Source of the DNA: Candidatus Saccharimonadota bacterium
Lineage (GTDB): Bacteria > Pseudomonadota > Gammaproteobacteria > Enterobacterales > Enterobacteriaceae
Direction: 5' to 3'
DNA length: 32,000 nt
Assembly (NCBI RefSeq): GCF_004296535.1
Contig: NZ_AP018159.1
Coordinates: 180,001 to 212,000, forward strand
The notes under the pieces are model-generated. The model worked only from the letters and a program-made list of their open reading frames with translations. It ran no database searches and was not told the DNA's origin. Made by a program: the position numbers and the translations under genes. Below, in pieces: positions 1 to 9,885 of the stretch. Every line of letters begins with the position of its first letter. Positions within the stretch are counted from its first letter, which is position 1.

Positions 1-639
1 AAAAAAATTAGAAAAAAAAATGTATATGGAATAACATTCCCAATATTAACTAAATTAAATGGACATAAATTTAGTAAATCAGATAGTAATAATATATGGT
101 TAGATAAAACTAAAACTAGTTCATATAATTTTTATCAATTTTTTATTAATATAAATGATAAAGAAGTTAAAAATTATTTAAAATATTTTACAAATATAAA
201 AATAGAAGATATACATAATATATGTAATTCTAATAAAAAAAATATTATTGCAGGAAAAAAAATAATAGCTAATGAATTAACAAAAATGGTTCATGGAAAA
301 ACAGAATTAAATATAATTAATAAAATAACAGATAAAATATTTAATACAAATAATTTATTAACAGAGGATGATTTAAATTATTTATATATAAATAATTTTA
401 ATTTAATAATATTAAATAATTATATTAAATTAAGAGATTTTCTTATAAAATGTAATATATCTAAATCTAATACAGAATCTAATATATTAATTAATCAAGG
501 TTCTATTAAAATAAATGGTAAAATAAATAATAATATAAAATATATTTTTTCTAAAAATGATATTTTATTTAATAAATATACATTTATAAAAAAAGGTAAA
601 AAAAATTTTTATTTAATAAAATGGTTAACAATAATATAA
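1..639 (+). CDS. tyrS: Tyrosyl-tRNA synthetase, C-terminal part (5' end outside window)
   Basis: Frame 1 is open from base 1 to the TAA at 637-639. The translation KKIRKKNVYGITFPILTKLNGHKFSKSDSNNIWLD..SYNFYQFFIN..KMVHGK..KKGKKNFYLIKW tracks E. coli TyrS ([53 protein letters not shown]). This includes the KMSKS-type loop (KFSKS) and the S4-like C-terminal domain. The ATG at 286 in the ORF track is internal. Confidence 0.93.
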   Translation, partial: KKIRKKNVYGITFPILTKLNGHKFSKSDSNNIWLDKTKTSSYNFYQFFININDKEVKNYLKYFTNIKIEDIHNICNSNKKNIIAGKKIIANELTKMVHGKTELNIINKITDKIFNTNNLLTEDDLNYLYINNFNLIILNNYIKLRDFLIKCNISKSNTESNILINQGSIKINGKINNNIKYIFSKNDILFNKYTFIKKGKKNFYLIKWLTII

Positions 640-656
640 AAGTATAAAATAAAATA

Positions 657-938
657 ATGAAAATTATAGAAGCTTATATAAAAGAAGAAAAAAATAACAA
701 TTTATTAAGAAAATTAGGATTTATACCAGCAGTAATATATAAAAAAAATTTTAAAAATATTTTAATAAAAATAAAAGAAAATAATTTATATTTTATTATA
801 AATTCAAAAATAGAATTATTTAATAATAATTTTATAATAAAAATATATGAAAATAATTTATTAGAAGTTTATATTAAAAAAATACAATATCATCCATTTA
901 AAAATAAAATTATACATATAGATTTTATTAAAAAATAA
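657..938 (+). CDS. rplY: 50S ribosomal protein L25 (short, 5S rRNA-binding form)
   Basis: The 93-aa size matches the enterobacterial short L25. The N-terminus IEAYIKEEKNNNLLRKLGFIPAVIYKKN resembles [30 protein letters not shown]. Confidence 0.75.
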   Translation: MKIIEAYIKEEKNNNLLRKLGFIPAVIYKKNFKNILIKIKENNLYFIINSKIELFNNNFIIKIYENNLLEVYIKKIQYHPFKNKIIHIDFIKK

Positions 939-942
939 TATT

Positions 943-1800
943 TTATGAATTAATTATAAATGAATTTAATATATTATTTAATAATATAGAAATAGTTACT
1001 GGACCAATTCCTCCTGGTACAGGAGTAATATATGAAGCTTTATTTACTACACTATTCATATTTACATCACCAACTATTTTATTATTTAATATATTTATTC
1101 CAACATCTATTATTATAGATCCTTTTTTAATATTAAATTTATTATTTATAAAATTAGGAATTCCAACAGCAATTATTAATAAATCCGCTTGTTCTATTAT
1201 TTCTTTTATATATATACAATTTTTATTTACTAATGTTACAGTATATCCATAATTTAATAATTCAATACAAATTGGTTTTCCAATTACATTTGATATCCCT
1301 ATTACTACTGCATATGATTTATTATTCAAAATATTATATTTTTGTAATAAAATTATTATTCCATAAGCTGTACATGGTCTAAAATAAGATTTTTTGTAAC
1401 ATAATTTTCCAAAATTATAAGGATTTAAACAATCTATATCTTTATTACAATTTATATTAGAAACAATATTTAAAGAATTAATATTACTTGGTAATGGAAA
1501 TTGAACTAATATTCCATGTATATTATTATTAATATTTAATAAATTTATTAAACGTATTATGATGCATTCTTTGACATTATAATCAAATTTATATATATAT
1601 ACTCTATATCCTATATATTCTATTTTTTTTATTTTATTCTTTATATATATATTAGATGAAATATTATCACCAACGTATATTATTGCAATTGATGGTATAC
1701 CTAAATATTTTCTACTATTTAAAATTTTTATATATTTATTCTTAATATTTTTATTTAAAATATTAGATATATATTTACCATTTAAAATTTTTGTAATCAT
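943..1800 (-). CDS. folD: Bifunctional methylenetetrahydrofolate dehydrogenase/cyclohydrolase
   Basis: The protein is 285 aa. FolD hallmarks are present: LAIIYVGDN-type motif (IAIIYVGDNISSNIYIKNK), GILVQFPLP, PCTAYG, VVIG.S..GKP, DVGIN, and the C-terminal TPVPGGIGPVT. Confidence 0.93.
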   Translation of the reverse strand: MITKILNGKYISNILNKNIKNKYIKILNSRKYLGIPSIAIIYVGDNISSNIYIKNKIKKIEYIGYRVYIYKFDYNVKECIIIRLINLLNINNNIHGILVQFPLPSNINSLNIVSNINCNKDIDCLNPYNFGKLCYKKSYFRPCTAYGIIILLQKYNILNNKSYAVVIGISNVIGKPICIELLNYGYTVTLVNKNCIYIKEIIEQADLLIIAVGIPNFINNKFNIKKGSIIIDVGINILNNKIVGDVNMNSVVNKASYITPVPGGIGPVTISILLNNILNSFIINS

Positions 1801-1850
1801 AAAATATTATTTTTTTATTTTTTTTTTTTTAATATATAATTATTATTAAA

Positions 1851-1925
1851 GCACTCTTAGCTCAGATTGGATAGAGCGTCGGTCTTCTAAATCGTTGGTC
1901 ACAGGTTCGAGTCCTGTAGAGTGCA
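1851..1925 (+). tRNA. tRNA-Arg (anticodon UCU)
   Basis: A GC-rich island folds by hand into a cloverleaf. Acceptor is GCACTCT/AGAGTGC, D arm GCTC..GAGC, anticodon loop CTTCTAA (TCT), T arm ACAGG-TTCGAGT-CCTGT, discriminator A. No CCA is encoded; the next bases are TTA. Confidence 0.9.
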
Positions 1926-2044
1926 TTAAAAAAAGTAAAAAATTATTTTAAATTTATTAAAACAATTTTATTATATTATAAATAATTTTTTAATATATGT
2001 TATAATATAATCATATATATTTAAAAAATTAAAACTAACAAATA

Positions 2045-2494
2045 ATGAATTTTAATATTTTTTTAATAAATGGTCCAAATTTAGGATTATTAGGATCAAG
2101 AGAAAATGAAATTTATGGAAATAAATCTTTAAATATTTTAATTAAAGAATTAGAAGATTTTTCTAAAAAATTAAATATAAATTTAATACATTTTCAATCA
2201 AATTCTGAAAGTAAAATAATTAATTTTATACATAAATTTAAGATTAATAACATAAATTTTATAATTATAAACGCTGGAGCATATTCACATACAAGTATTG
2301 CTATAAGAGATGCATTAAAATTAACTAATCTTCCTATAATAGAAGTTCATATTTCTAATATATATTCTAGGGAAACTTTTAGAAGATTTTCATACATATC
2401 TGATATATCATTAGGAGTTATTTGTGGTTTTGGAACAAAAGGTTATTTTTATTCACTAGAATTTGCTAATATATATTTAAATAAATTATTATAA
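2045..2494 (+). CDS. aroQ: 3-dehydroquinate dehydratase, type II
   Basis: The protein is 149 aa. The N-terminus INGPNLGLLGSRENEIYG is the type II DHQase signature (NGPNLNLLG.RE..IYG). Also present are HFQSNSE, NAGAYSHTSIA.RDA and EVHISNI..RE.FR. Confidence 0.93.
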   Translation: MNFNIFLINGPNLGLLGSRENEIYGNKSLNILIKELEDFSKKLNINLIHFQSNSESKIINFIHKFKINNINFIIINAGAYSHTSIAIRDALKLTNLPIIEVHISNIYSRETFRRFSYISDISLGVICGFGTKGYFYSLEFANIYLNKLL

Positions 2495-2518
2495 ATAATC
2501 AAAAAAAAATAAGATAAT

Positions 2519-3577
2519 ATGTTTTCATTTTTAAAAAAAATCAATGGTATGTTTTCAAATGATTTATCAATTGATTTAGGAACAGCTAATACTTTAATAT
2601 ATGTAAAAGGAAAAGGAATAGTTCTTAATGAACCATCAGTAGTATCTATTATAAAAGATAAAAATGGAGTGCCAAATAAAGTTGCAGCAGTAGGGAATAT
2701 GGCAAAAAAAATGTTAGGAAGAACACCAGAAAATATATTAACAGTTAAACCTTTAAAAGATGGAGTTATAGCTGATTTTTCTGTTACAGAAAAAATGTTA
2801 GAATTCTTTATAAATAAAATACATAAAAATAAAATTATTAGACCTAGTCCTAGAATTTTAATATGCACACCATCAGGAGCTACAAAAGTTGAAAAAAAAG
2901 CTATAAAAGAATCAGCATATAGTGCAGGAGCTAGAGATGTATTTGTAATGGAGGAGCCTATGGCAGCTGCAATAGGAGCTAATTTACCAGTTTCAGAACC
3001 TACTGGTTCTATGATAATAGATATAGGAGGAGGTACAACAGAAGTTGCTATAATTTCTTTAAATGGAATAGTATATTCATCTTCAATTAGAATTGGAGGT
3101 CATAAATTTGATGAATATATAATACATTATGTTAGAAGAAATTATGGATCTTTAATAGGTGAAGTAACAGCAGAAAAAATAAAATATAATATAGGAACTG
3201 CATTCAAAGATGAAAAAATACTTGAATATAAAGTAATAGGAAGAAATTTATCAGAAGGAATTCCAAAAAGTTTTATTCTTAATTCTAATCAAATATTAGA
3301 ATCTTTACAAGAACCATTATCTAATATAATAAGTTCAATAATGGTGGCTCTTGAACAGTGTCCTCCAGAATTATCATCTGATATATCAGAAAAAGGAATG
3401 ATTCTTACAGGAGGAGGATCTTTATTAAGAAATATAGATAAATTAATAGAATATCATACTGGAATATCAGTTACTATAGCAGATGATCCTTTAACTTGTG
3501 TAGTAAAGGGAGGAGGAAAAGCTCTAGATTTAATTGATGAATGTGATAATATAAATATTTTTAATAATTATTATTAA
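2519..3577 (+). CDS. mreB: Rod-shape-determining actin homologue MreB
   Basis: The protein is 352 aa and near-colinear with E. coli MreB, with high by-eye identity. Matching segments include [92 protein letters not shown] and LTGGG.LLRN.D....E.TGI.V..A.DPLTCV..GGGKAL. Confidence 0.98.
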   Translation: MFSFLKKINGMFSNDLSIDLGTANTLIYVKGKGIVLNEPSVVSIIKDKNGVPNKVAAVGNMAKKMLGRTPENILTVKPLKDGVIADFSVTEKMLEFFINKIHKNKIIRPSPRILICTPSGATKVEKKAIKESAYSAGARDVFVMEEPMAAAIGANLPVSEPTGSMIIDIGGGTTEVAIISLNGIVYSSSIRIGGHKFDEYIIHYVRRNYGSLIGEVTAEKIKYNIGTAFKDEKILEYKVIGRNLSEGIPKSFILNSNQILESLQEPLSNIISSIMVALEQCPPELSSDISEKGMILTGGGSLLRNIDKLIEYHTGISVTIADDPLTCVVKGGGKALDLIDECDNINIFNNYY

Positions 3578-3601
3578 TTAATATTTAAAAAATTATAAAA
3601 A

Positions 3602-4366
3602 ATGAAAATAAAAACAGTAAAAAAAATTATTTTTATAACTTTTATATTAATATTTTTATATAAATTTAAATTTTGTAATAATTTTTTAAATAAAATGATT
3701 TCTTATAATTATTATAATTATATATATAATAAAAATAGTTTGATTAAAAATTATATAAAATTGTTTAAAAATAATTCTAAATTATTATCTGAAATAGATT
3801 TATTAAAAAATGAATTAAATGATGAAAAATTTAAAAATTTAATTTTAAAAAGAAATATTAATAATAATAAAAATATTTTAAAAAAAATAAATTTTAATAT
3901 AATAAAAGCATGTGTAATAAATAGAAATATAATTAATAATGTTTATACTATAAATAAAGGATTAAATCATAATATAAAAGTTGGACAAGTAGTATTAGAT
4001 AAAAATGGAGTTATTGGACAAATAATAAATGTATATAAAGATAAAAGTAATTTTTTATCTATTTGTAGTAAAAAAATATTAATTCCATCTTTTATAAAAA
4101 GAAGTAATTTTAAATGTATTTTAAAAGGTTGTGGATATAAAAATGAGTTATATTTTTATCATATTGATAATGAAATGATAAGCGAAGACGATATTAAAAT
4201 AGGTGATATATTTCTTACATCAGGTCTAGATAATAAATTTATAAAAAATATACCTGTAGCTATAGTTAAATACGTAAAAATAAAAAATTTTAGAATAAAT
4301 AAAATTTATATAAAACCATTATTTTATGCATTCTTAATTAAAAATGTATTTATTATAAATAAATAA
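3602..4366 (+). CDS. mreC: Rod-shape-determining protein MreC (shortened)
   Basis: It lies immediately downstream of mreB. It has an N-terminal hydrophobic anchor, a coiled-coil-like stretch (LLSEIDLLKNELNDEK) and MreC beta-domain motifs (GQVVLDKNGVIGQIINV, GDIFLTSGLDNKFIKNIPVAIV). At 254 aa it is shorter than E. coli MreC (about 367 aa). Confidence 0.75.
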   Translation: MKIKTVKKIIFITFILIFLYKFKFCNNFLNKMISYNYYNYIYNKNSLIKNYIKLFKNNSKLLSEIDLLKNELNDEKFKNLILKRNINNNKNILKKINFNIIKACVINRNIINNVYTINKGLNHNIKVGQVVLDKNGVIGQIINVYKDKSNFLSICSKKILIPSFIKRSNFKCILKGCGYKNELYFYHIDNEMISEDDIKIGDIFLTSGLDNKFIKNIPVAIVKYVKIKNFRINKIYIKPLFYAFLIKNVFIINK

Positions 4367-4405
4367 TTTTTTTTTTAATTTTTTAAATAATATAAATAAT
4401 TTTAT

Positions 4406-4897
4406 TTAAAATGAAATATCATCATCTTCGAAATTATCTTTAATATTGAAATCATCATCATCATTTTCTTCATTATCATCATCTTCATCAATATTATTTT
4501 TTATTTCGCTATTATTTTTAATAAAAGAAGATTCATTCCAATTTTGTTTAATATTATTTAATATTTTCATAATTCCATTAACACTAACTATAATTTCTGT
4601 AATATATTTATCTATACCTTCTTGGTTTTTCCATTTTCTTGTTTGTAATTGTCCTTCAACATATATATAAGATCCTTTTTTAAGATATTCTGAACATATT
4701 TCTGCTATTTTTCCAAAAAAAACAATTCTATGCCATTCTGTTTTATTTTTAATTTCACCACTTTTTTTATCTTTCCATTTATTAGATGTAGCTAAATTTA
4801 TAGTAGTTACCATATTACCATTATTAGTATATTTTGAATCTGGATCTTGACCTAAATATCCTATTAATATAACTTTGTTTATGCTTTTATTAGACAT
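4406..4897 (-). CDS. ssb: Single-stranded DNA-binding protein
   Basis: The protein is 163 aa. The OB-fold N-terminus is NKVILIGYLGQDPDSKYTNNGNMVTTINLATS..W.DK.SGE....TEWHRIVFFGK.AE....YLKKGS.IYVEGQLQTRKW. The acidic tail ends DDDISF (canonical DDDIPF tip). Confidence 0.96.
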   Translation of the reverse strand: MSNKSINKVILIGYLGQDPDSKYTNNGNMVTTINLATSNKWKDKKSGEIKNKTEWHRIVFFGKIAEICSEYLKKGSYIYVEGQLQTRKWKNQEGIDKYITEIIVSVNGIMKILNNIKQNWNESSFIKNNSEIKNNIDEDDDNEENDDDDFNIKDNFEDDDISF

Positions 4898-5031
4898 TAT
4901 AATTACCTATTATAATAAATTAAAAAAATGTTTATATTTATAAAGTATAATATATATATGTGATATATTCTATCATAATTAAATTTATAAAAAATTAAAT
5001 TTTAAAATATATAAATTAATTTATAAAATTT

Positions 5032-7548
5032 ATGGAAAATAATAAAAATAACAATAATATTATTAGTTTAGAAAAAGAAATAAAAAAATCATATTTGGAT
5101 TATGCTATGTCTGTAATAATAAGTAGAGCATTACCTGATGTAAGAGACGGACTAAAACCAGTTCATAGAAGAATACTATATGCTATGAGTATATTAAAAA
5201 ATGATTATAATAAAGATTATAAAAAATCAGCTAGAATAGTAGGAGATGTTATAGGAAAATATCATCCTCATGGAGATAATTCAGTATATGACGCTATAGT
5301 AAGAATGGCTCAATTTTTTTCATTAAGATATCCTTTAATAGATGGTCAAGGAAATTTTGGATCAATAGATGGGGATCCCGCTGCTGCAATGAGATATACA
5401 GAAATAAGAATGTCTAAAATTTCTCACGAATTGTTACAAGATATAGATAAAAATACAGTAAATTTTAATATGAATTATGATAATACTGAAGAAATACCAG
5501 AAGTTTTACCTACAAGAATTCCTAATTTATTAATAAATGGATCATATGGGATAGCTGTTGGAGTAGCAACTAATATACCACCTCATAATATAAATGAAAT
5601 TATTGATGGATGTATAGCAATTATAAAAAATAAAAATATAAGTGTAAAAGATTTAATAAAATATATACCAGGTCCAGATTTTCCTACTGGAGGAATTATT
5701 TGTAATAAAAATGACATAGAAAATATATATAGAACTGGAAAAGGAAAAATATCTATTAAATCAAAAATTGATATAGAAATAAATAAAAATACTGGAGATA
5801 AATTTATAATAATTAAAGAAATACCTTATCAAATAAATAAAATAAAATTAATAGAAAAAATAATAGATTGTATTAAACAAAAAAAAATAATAGGAATAAA
5901 TAATATAATAGATGAATCTTCTCAGGAAGGTATAAGAATAGTTATTGATATAAAAAAAGATTTTTCTGAAGAAAATATATTAAATAATTTATATATAAAT
6001 ACACAATTACAAAATAATTTATATATAAATATGATAGCTTTATGTAATAAAAAACCTAAATTAATGTCTTTAAAAGACATATTATTAGAGTTTATAAAAC
6101 ATAGAGAAAATATTATATATAGAAAAAATTTATTTTTATTTAACAAATATAATAAAAAAATAAATATAATAGAAGGTTTTATAATTACTATATATAACAT
6201 AAATAACATAATAGATATAATAAAAGAGTCTAATTCATTAGAAGAAACAAAAAATAAACTAAAAAATATAGAATTTAAAATTTTAGAAAATTTTAAAATT
6301 AATATAAATAAATATTATAATATAATTTCAAAAAATATTATAAATAATAATATATATAAATTTAATGATGAACAAATAAAATCTATTTTAGATCTTAAAT
6401 TGTATAAATTAACAAAATTAGAAAATGAATTATTAATAAATGAGTATAATTTATTAATAAATAATATAAAAGAGTGTATATCTATATTAAATAATAAAAA
6501 TAGTTTAGAAAATTCTATTTATAAAGAATTATTAGAAATTAAAAATTTATATAAAGATAAAAGATTGACAAAAATTATTGATGATAAACTTTATACTGAA
6601 AATAAAAATATATTAACAAAAGAATTTAAAGTTATAATAACAATATCTTATTATGGATATATAAAATATCAACCATTATCTCATTATAATATTCAAAAAA
6701 GAGGAGGAAAAGGAAAATCATCTACAAAAATAAAATCTGAAGATTTCATAAAATCTTTATTAATATCAGATATTAATAAAGATATATTATTATTTTCAAA
6801 TATTGGCAAAATGTATAAAATGAAAATATTCCAATTACCTGAATCAAGTAAATATTCAAAAGGTAAACCAATATATAATTTAATAAATATAAATAAAAAT
6901 GAAAGAATAACTTCAATAATTTCTATTGACTCAGAGAAAATTAATAATAATAACTATTTTTTAATGTCTACATCTATGGGTTTTGTAAAAAAAACTTTAG
7001 TAAAAGAATTAATAAAATCTAGAAATTCTGGAATTATTGTTATTAAATTATATAAAAATGATGAATTAATAGATATAAATATAACTAATGGTAATAATGA
7101 TATTATGTTATTTTCAGAAAATGGTAAATCAGTTAGATTTAAAGAAAATAATGTAAGATTAACAAAAAGAAATTCATATGGAATAAAAGGAATTTGTCTT
7201 AATAAAAATGATAGAATAGTATCATTAATAATATCTGAAAATAATAATAATCAAATATTAACTATAACAAAAAATGGCTTTGGTAAAAGAACAGAAAAAA
7301 TTGAATTTCCTGTTAAATCAAGAGCTACACAAGGAGTAATATCTACAAAAATAACAAACAAAACTGGGAAAATAATAAAATCTATAGAAGTAAATAATAA
7401 TGATCAAATATTAATAATAACAGATACAGGAACAATAGTTAGATTAAAAGTTAATGAAATAAGAATTTCTAAAAGAAACACTTTAGGTGTTAAATTGATA
7501 AAAATAAGTAAAACTGAAACAGTTGTAGATATTAAGAGATTTAATTAA
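5032..7548 (+). CDS. gyrA: DNA gyrase subunit A
   Basis: The protein is 838 aa. Matching segments are [32 protein letters not shown], the QRDR segment [19 protein letters not shown], the catalytic Tyr context AAMRYTE (Tyr122) and the GyrA-box-like QKRGGKG. Repeated beta-pinwheel blades are visible in the C-terminal domain. Confidence 0.98.
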   Translation: MENNKNNNNIISLEKEIKKSYLDYAMSVIISRALPDVRDGLKPVHRRILYAMSILKNDYNKDYKKSARIVGDVIGKYHPHGDNSVYDAIVRMAQFFSLRYPLIDGQGNFGSIDGDPAAAMRYTEIRMSKISHELLQDIDKNTVNFNMNYDNTEEIPEVLPTRIPNLLINGSYGIAVGVATNIPPHNINEIIDGCIAIIKNKNISVKDLIKYIPGPDFPTGGIICNKNDIENIYRTGKGKISIKSKIDIEINKNTGDKFIIIKEIPYQINKIKLIEKIIDCIKQKKIIGINNIIDESSQEGIRIVIDIKKDFSEENILNNLYINTQLQNNLYINMIALCNKKPKLMSLKDILLEFIKHRENIIYRKNLFLFNKYNKKINIIEGFIITIYNINNIIDIIKESNSLEETKNKLKNIEFKILENFKININKYYNIISKNIINNNIYKFNDEQIKSILDLKLYKLTKLENELLINEYNLLINNIKECISILNNKNSLENSIYKELLEIKNLYKDKRLTKIIDDKLYTENKNILTKEFKVIITISYYGYIKYQPLSHYNIQKRGGKGKSSTKIKSEDFIKSLLISDINKDILLFSNIGKMYKMKIFQLPESSKYSKGKPIYNLININKNERITSIISIDSEKINNNNYFLMSTSMGFVKKTLVKELIKSRNSGIIVIKLYKNDELIDINITNGNNDIMLFSENGKSVRFKENNVRLTKRNSYGIKGICLNKNDRIVSLIISENNNNQILTITKNGFGKRTEKIEFPVKSRATQGVISTKITNKTGKIIKSIEVNNNDQILIITDTGTIVRLKVNEIRISKRNTLGVKLIKISKTETVVDIKRFN

Positions 7549-7634
7549 TTTTATAATTTTAAAAAATTTACTAAAATTACAAATTAATATATAATTATTC
7601 TGTAAATATTTTTATAATTTAAAGGAAAAAAAAT

Positions 7635-8792
7635 ATGTTTAATATATTTAAATTATTTATAATAATTGTTTTATTATTAATAAATATATCAACATCTTAT
7701 TCATCAGAATATTATAATAGTGACATAGAACAAACATATAGAATTTTAAAAAGAAAAATTATGAAATATGATTTATCTGAAGATTTTGGTGAAAATACTA
7801 AAATGAGTGCAGAAATAAAAATAAAATCTGAAATAAATGATTCTATAAGTTTATTAAATAAATTATCTAACGATATGTATTGTAATAATATTAATGATAA
7901 TAATACTTTTTTAATAAGTAAATTAAAAAATGGATATATGGAAATTATACATGATAAATATGGAAGATTTAGTTATGGGAAAAATAATGGAGTTATGAGA
8001 GATGTATTTGATGTTCATAATGAAATACCTTTTTCTAATAATGAATATAATAGTTTTGATAATTTTATGTTTAATAGATCTAATAATGTAGTTTCTTACA
8101 AAAATGATAATTTATTTGAATTAGTAAACGGATTAAGTACAAATATTCAATTTCAATTTAAAAATGATAGTACTATACATAGAAGAAATAGAAAAATAAT
8201 TAAATACAGTAATGGAATAGGTTGTGGTTATTCTTTAACTTATAATATAAGTGATTTTACTGTATCAGCTGCTTTTACTCAATCTGAAAGAAATGTTGAT
8301 CAAATGATGATAGATATTGATCAGTTAAAAAATAAATACGCAAGTTCATATGGTGTAGCGTTTAAATATGATAATGACAATATATATATAGCTTCATTAT
8401 ATGCAAATAGTAAATTTATGATGCCTTATGGTAATATAAATAATCATTATATAAGACATTATATATTTGAAGAAGCTTCTATATTACGTAAATATTATTA
8501 TTGTGGATTTGCTCCAACAGTTGATACAATAGAAATTATGGCTAAATTAAAATTTATAAAAAACATTTACCCATATATATTATATATGAATATATTTTCA
8601 AAAAACATAAAAAATGATCTAGATCAATATTTAACAAAAAGTTTAAATTTTGGAATTGATTATAAAATAAATGAAGATATTTCAATTATAGCAAACTTAT
8701 GTATAAATTTTTTAAAAGAAAATTCATTTACTAAAAATGTGGAAATAAATGTTGATAATACTTTTTCATTAGAAACAATATATAAATTTTAA
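7635..8792 (+). CDS. ompC: General diffusion porin, enterobacterial OmpC/OmpF family
   Basis: The protein is 385 aa with an N-terminal signal peptide ([16 protein letters not shown]). Three segments match E. coli OmpC. [69 protein letters not shown] matches [82 protein letters not shown] matches KYDANNIYLAAQYT. The C-terminus [15 protein letters not shown] matches INTDNIVALGLVYQF and keeps the terminal Phe. An AAGGA Shine-Dalgarno lies 8 nt upstream. The paralogue cannot be assigned (ompC versus ompF). Confidence 0.88.
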   Translation: [385 protein letters not shown]

Positions 8793-8796
8793 AAAA

Positions 8797-9885
8797 ATGA
8801 TTAGTAGTAATAATAGAAAAATATTAGTAGCTTGTATTTATGGAGGTATTTCTTTAGAAAATGAAATATCTATTAAATCAGCTATTAATATAATAAATAA
8901 TATTGATTTAAATAAATTTAATTTAATTTTAATAGGAATAAATAAAAATGGAACTTTTCATTTAGAAGATTTTGATATAAATATAAATTATACATTTTAT
9001 AATTTAAAACGTATTTTAAATAAAAAATCAAATATATTAAAAATAGTTTATAATAAGATTCCTTATATAACTTCAAATAATTTTAAAAATAAGAAAATAA
9101 TACCAGATATTTTTTTTCCAATAACACATGGTATATTTGGAGAAGATGGAAATTTACAAGGAATCTTAAATTCACTAAAAATACCATATATAGGATCAAA
9201 TTTAAAAAGTTCTTGTATATCTTCAAATAAAGATATATTTAAAGATGTATTAAAAAATAATAATTTTCCTATAATACCATATTTTAAAATATATAAGAAT
9301 GATATAATCAATTTATCTTATAAAGGTATAGCAAAAAAAATTAATTCAAAAAAATTTTTTGTAAAACCATCAAATCAAGGATCTTCTATAGGTATAAATT
9401 TAATAAAATCTGAAAAAGACTTTAATAAAGAAAAAATATTAAAAATTTTTAATTATTCAGATATCTTATTAATAGAACCATTAATAATTGGGAAAGAAAT
9501 AGAATGTGGAATTATAAATTATTTTGGAAAAATAAAAGTAAGTAATTCTTTTGAAATATATAGAAAAAATAATTTTTATTCTTATAAACAAAAATATTTT
9601 GATAATAATATAAAAATTAAAGAAATAAAAGAAAATTCAATTATAAATAAAAAAATAAAAAATTTATCTTATAAGATTTTTAATATATTAGAATGTAAAA
9701 GTTTAGCAAGAATAGATTTTATTATAAATAAAAATAATAAAATTTTTATAAATGAAATAAATACAATTCCTGGATTTACAGAAAAAAGTTTATATATTAA
9801 AATGTGGAATAAATATATCTTAAATATAAAAGAATTAATTTCTATTATTATATATTCATCTATAAAAAAAATTAAAAATTTATAA
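8797..9885 (+). CDS. ddlA: D-alanine--D-alanine ligase (DdlA-like length)
   Basis: The protein is 362 aa. The N-terminus ILVACIYGGISLENEISIKSA resembles VGIVFGGKSAEHEVSLQSA. Also present are HG.FGEDG.LQG.L, the ATP-grasp motif FVKPSNQGSSIGI, and the C-terminal ARIDF......IFINEINTIPGFT..S.Y. Confidence 0.9.
   Translation: MISSNNRKILVACIYGGISLENEISIKSAINIINNIDLNKFNLILIGINKNGTFHLEDFDININYTFYNLKRILNKKSNILKIVYNKIPYITSNNFKNKKIIPDIFFPITHGIFGEDGNLQGILNSLKIPYIGSNLKSSCISSNKDIFKDVLKNNNFPIIPYFKIYKNDIINLSYKGIAKKINSKKFFVKPSNQGSSIGINLIKSEKDFNKEKILKIFNYSDILLIEPLIIGKEIECGIINYFGKIKVSNSFEIYRKNNFYSYKQKYFDNNIKIKEIKENSIINKKIKNLSYKIFNILECKSLARIDFIINKNNKIFINEINTIPGFTEKSLYIKMWNKYILNIKELISIIIYSSIKKIKNL

Noticed and set aside
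2449-2868. 139-aa minus-strand ORF overlapping the aroQ 3' end and the mreB 5' region
   Set aside because: It is antisense to the very strongly conserved mreB. Its product is hydrophobic and low-complexity with no recognisable motif. It is best explained as a shadow ORF of a codon-biased gene.
4446-4670. 74-aa plus-strand ORF inside ssb
   Set aside because: It is antisense to the acidic tail and OB fold of ssb. Its S/L/F-rich sequence mirrors the D/E/N codons of ssb, so it is a shadow ORF.
5922-6209. 95-aa minus-strand ORF inside gyrA
   Set aside because: It is antisense to gyrA. Its F/I/L/K-rich sequence is nonsense-like, and there is no independent start context or conservation signal.
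7561-7613. Imperfect inverted repeat AAAAAATTTAC ... GTAAATATTTTT downstream of gyrA
   Set aside because: The stem is interrupted by an extra base, the loop would be about 30 nt, and the sequence is all A/T. It cannot be distinguished from chance.
9063-9311. 82-aa minus-strand ORF inside ddlA
   Set aside because: It is antisense to a recognisable ddlA segment (HG.FGEDG.LQG), so it is a shadow ORF.
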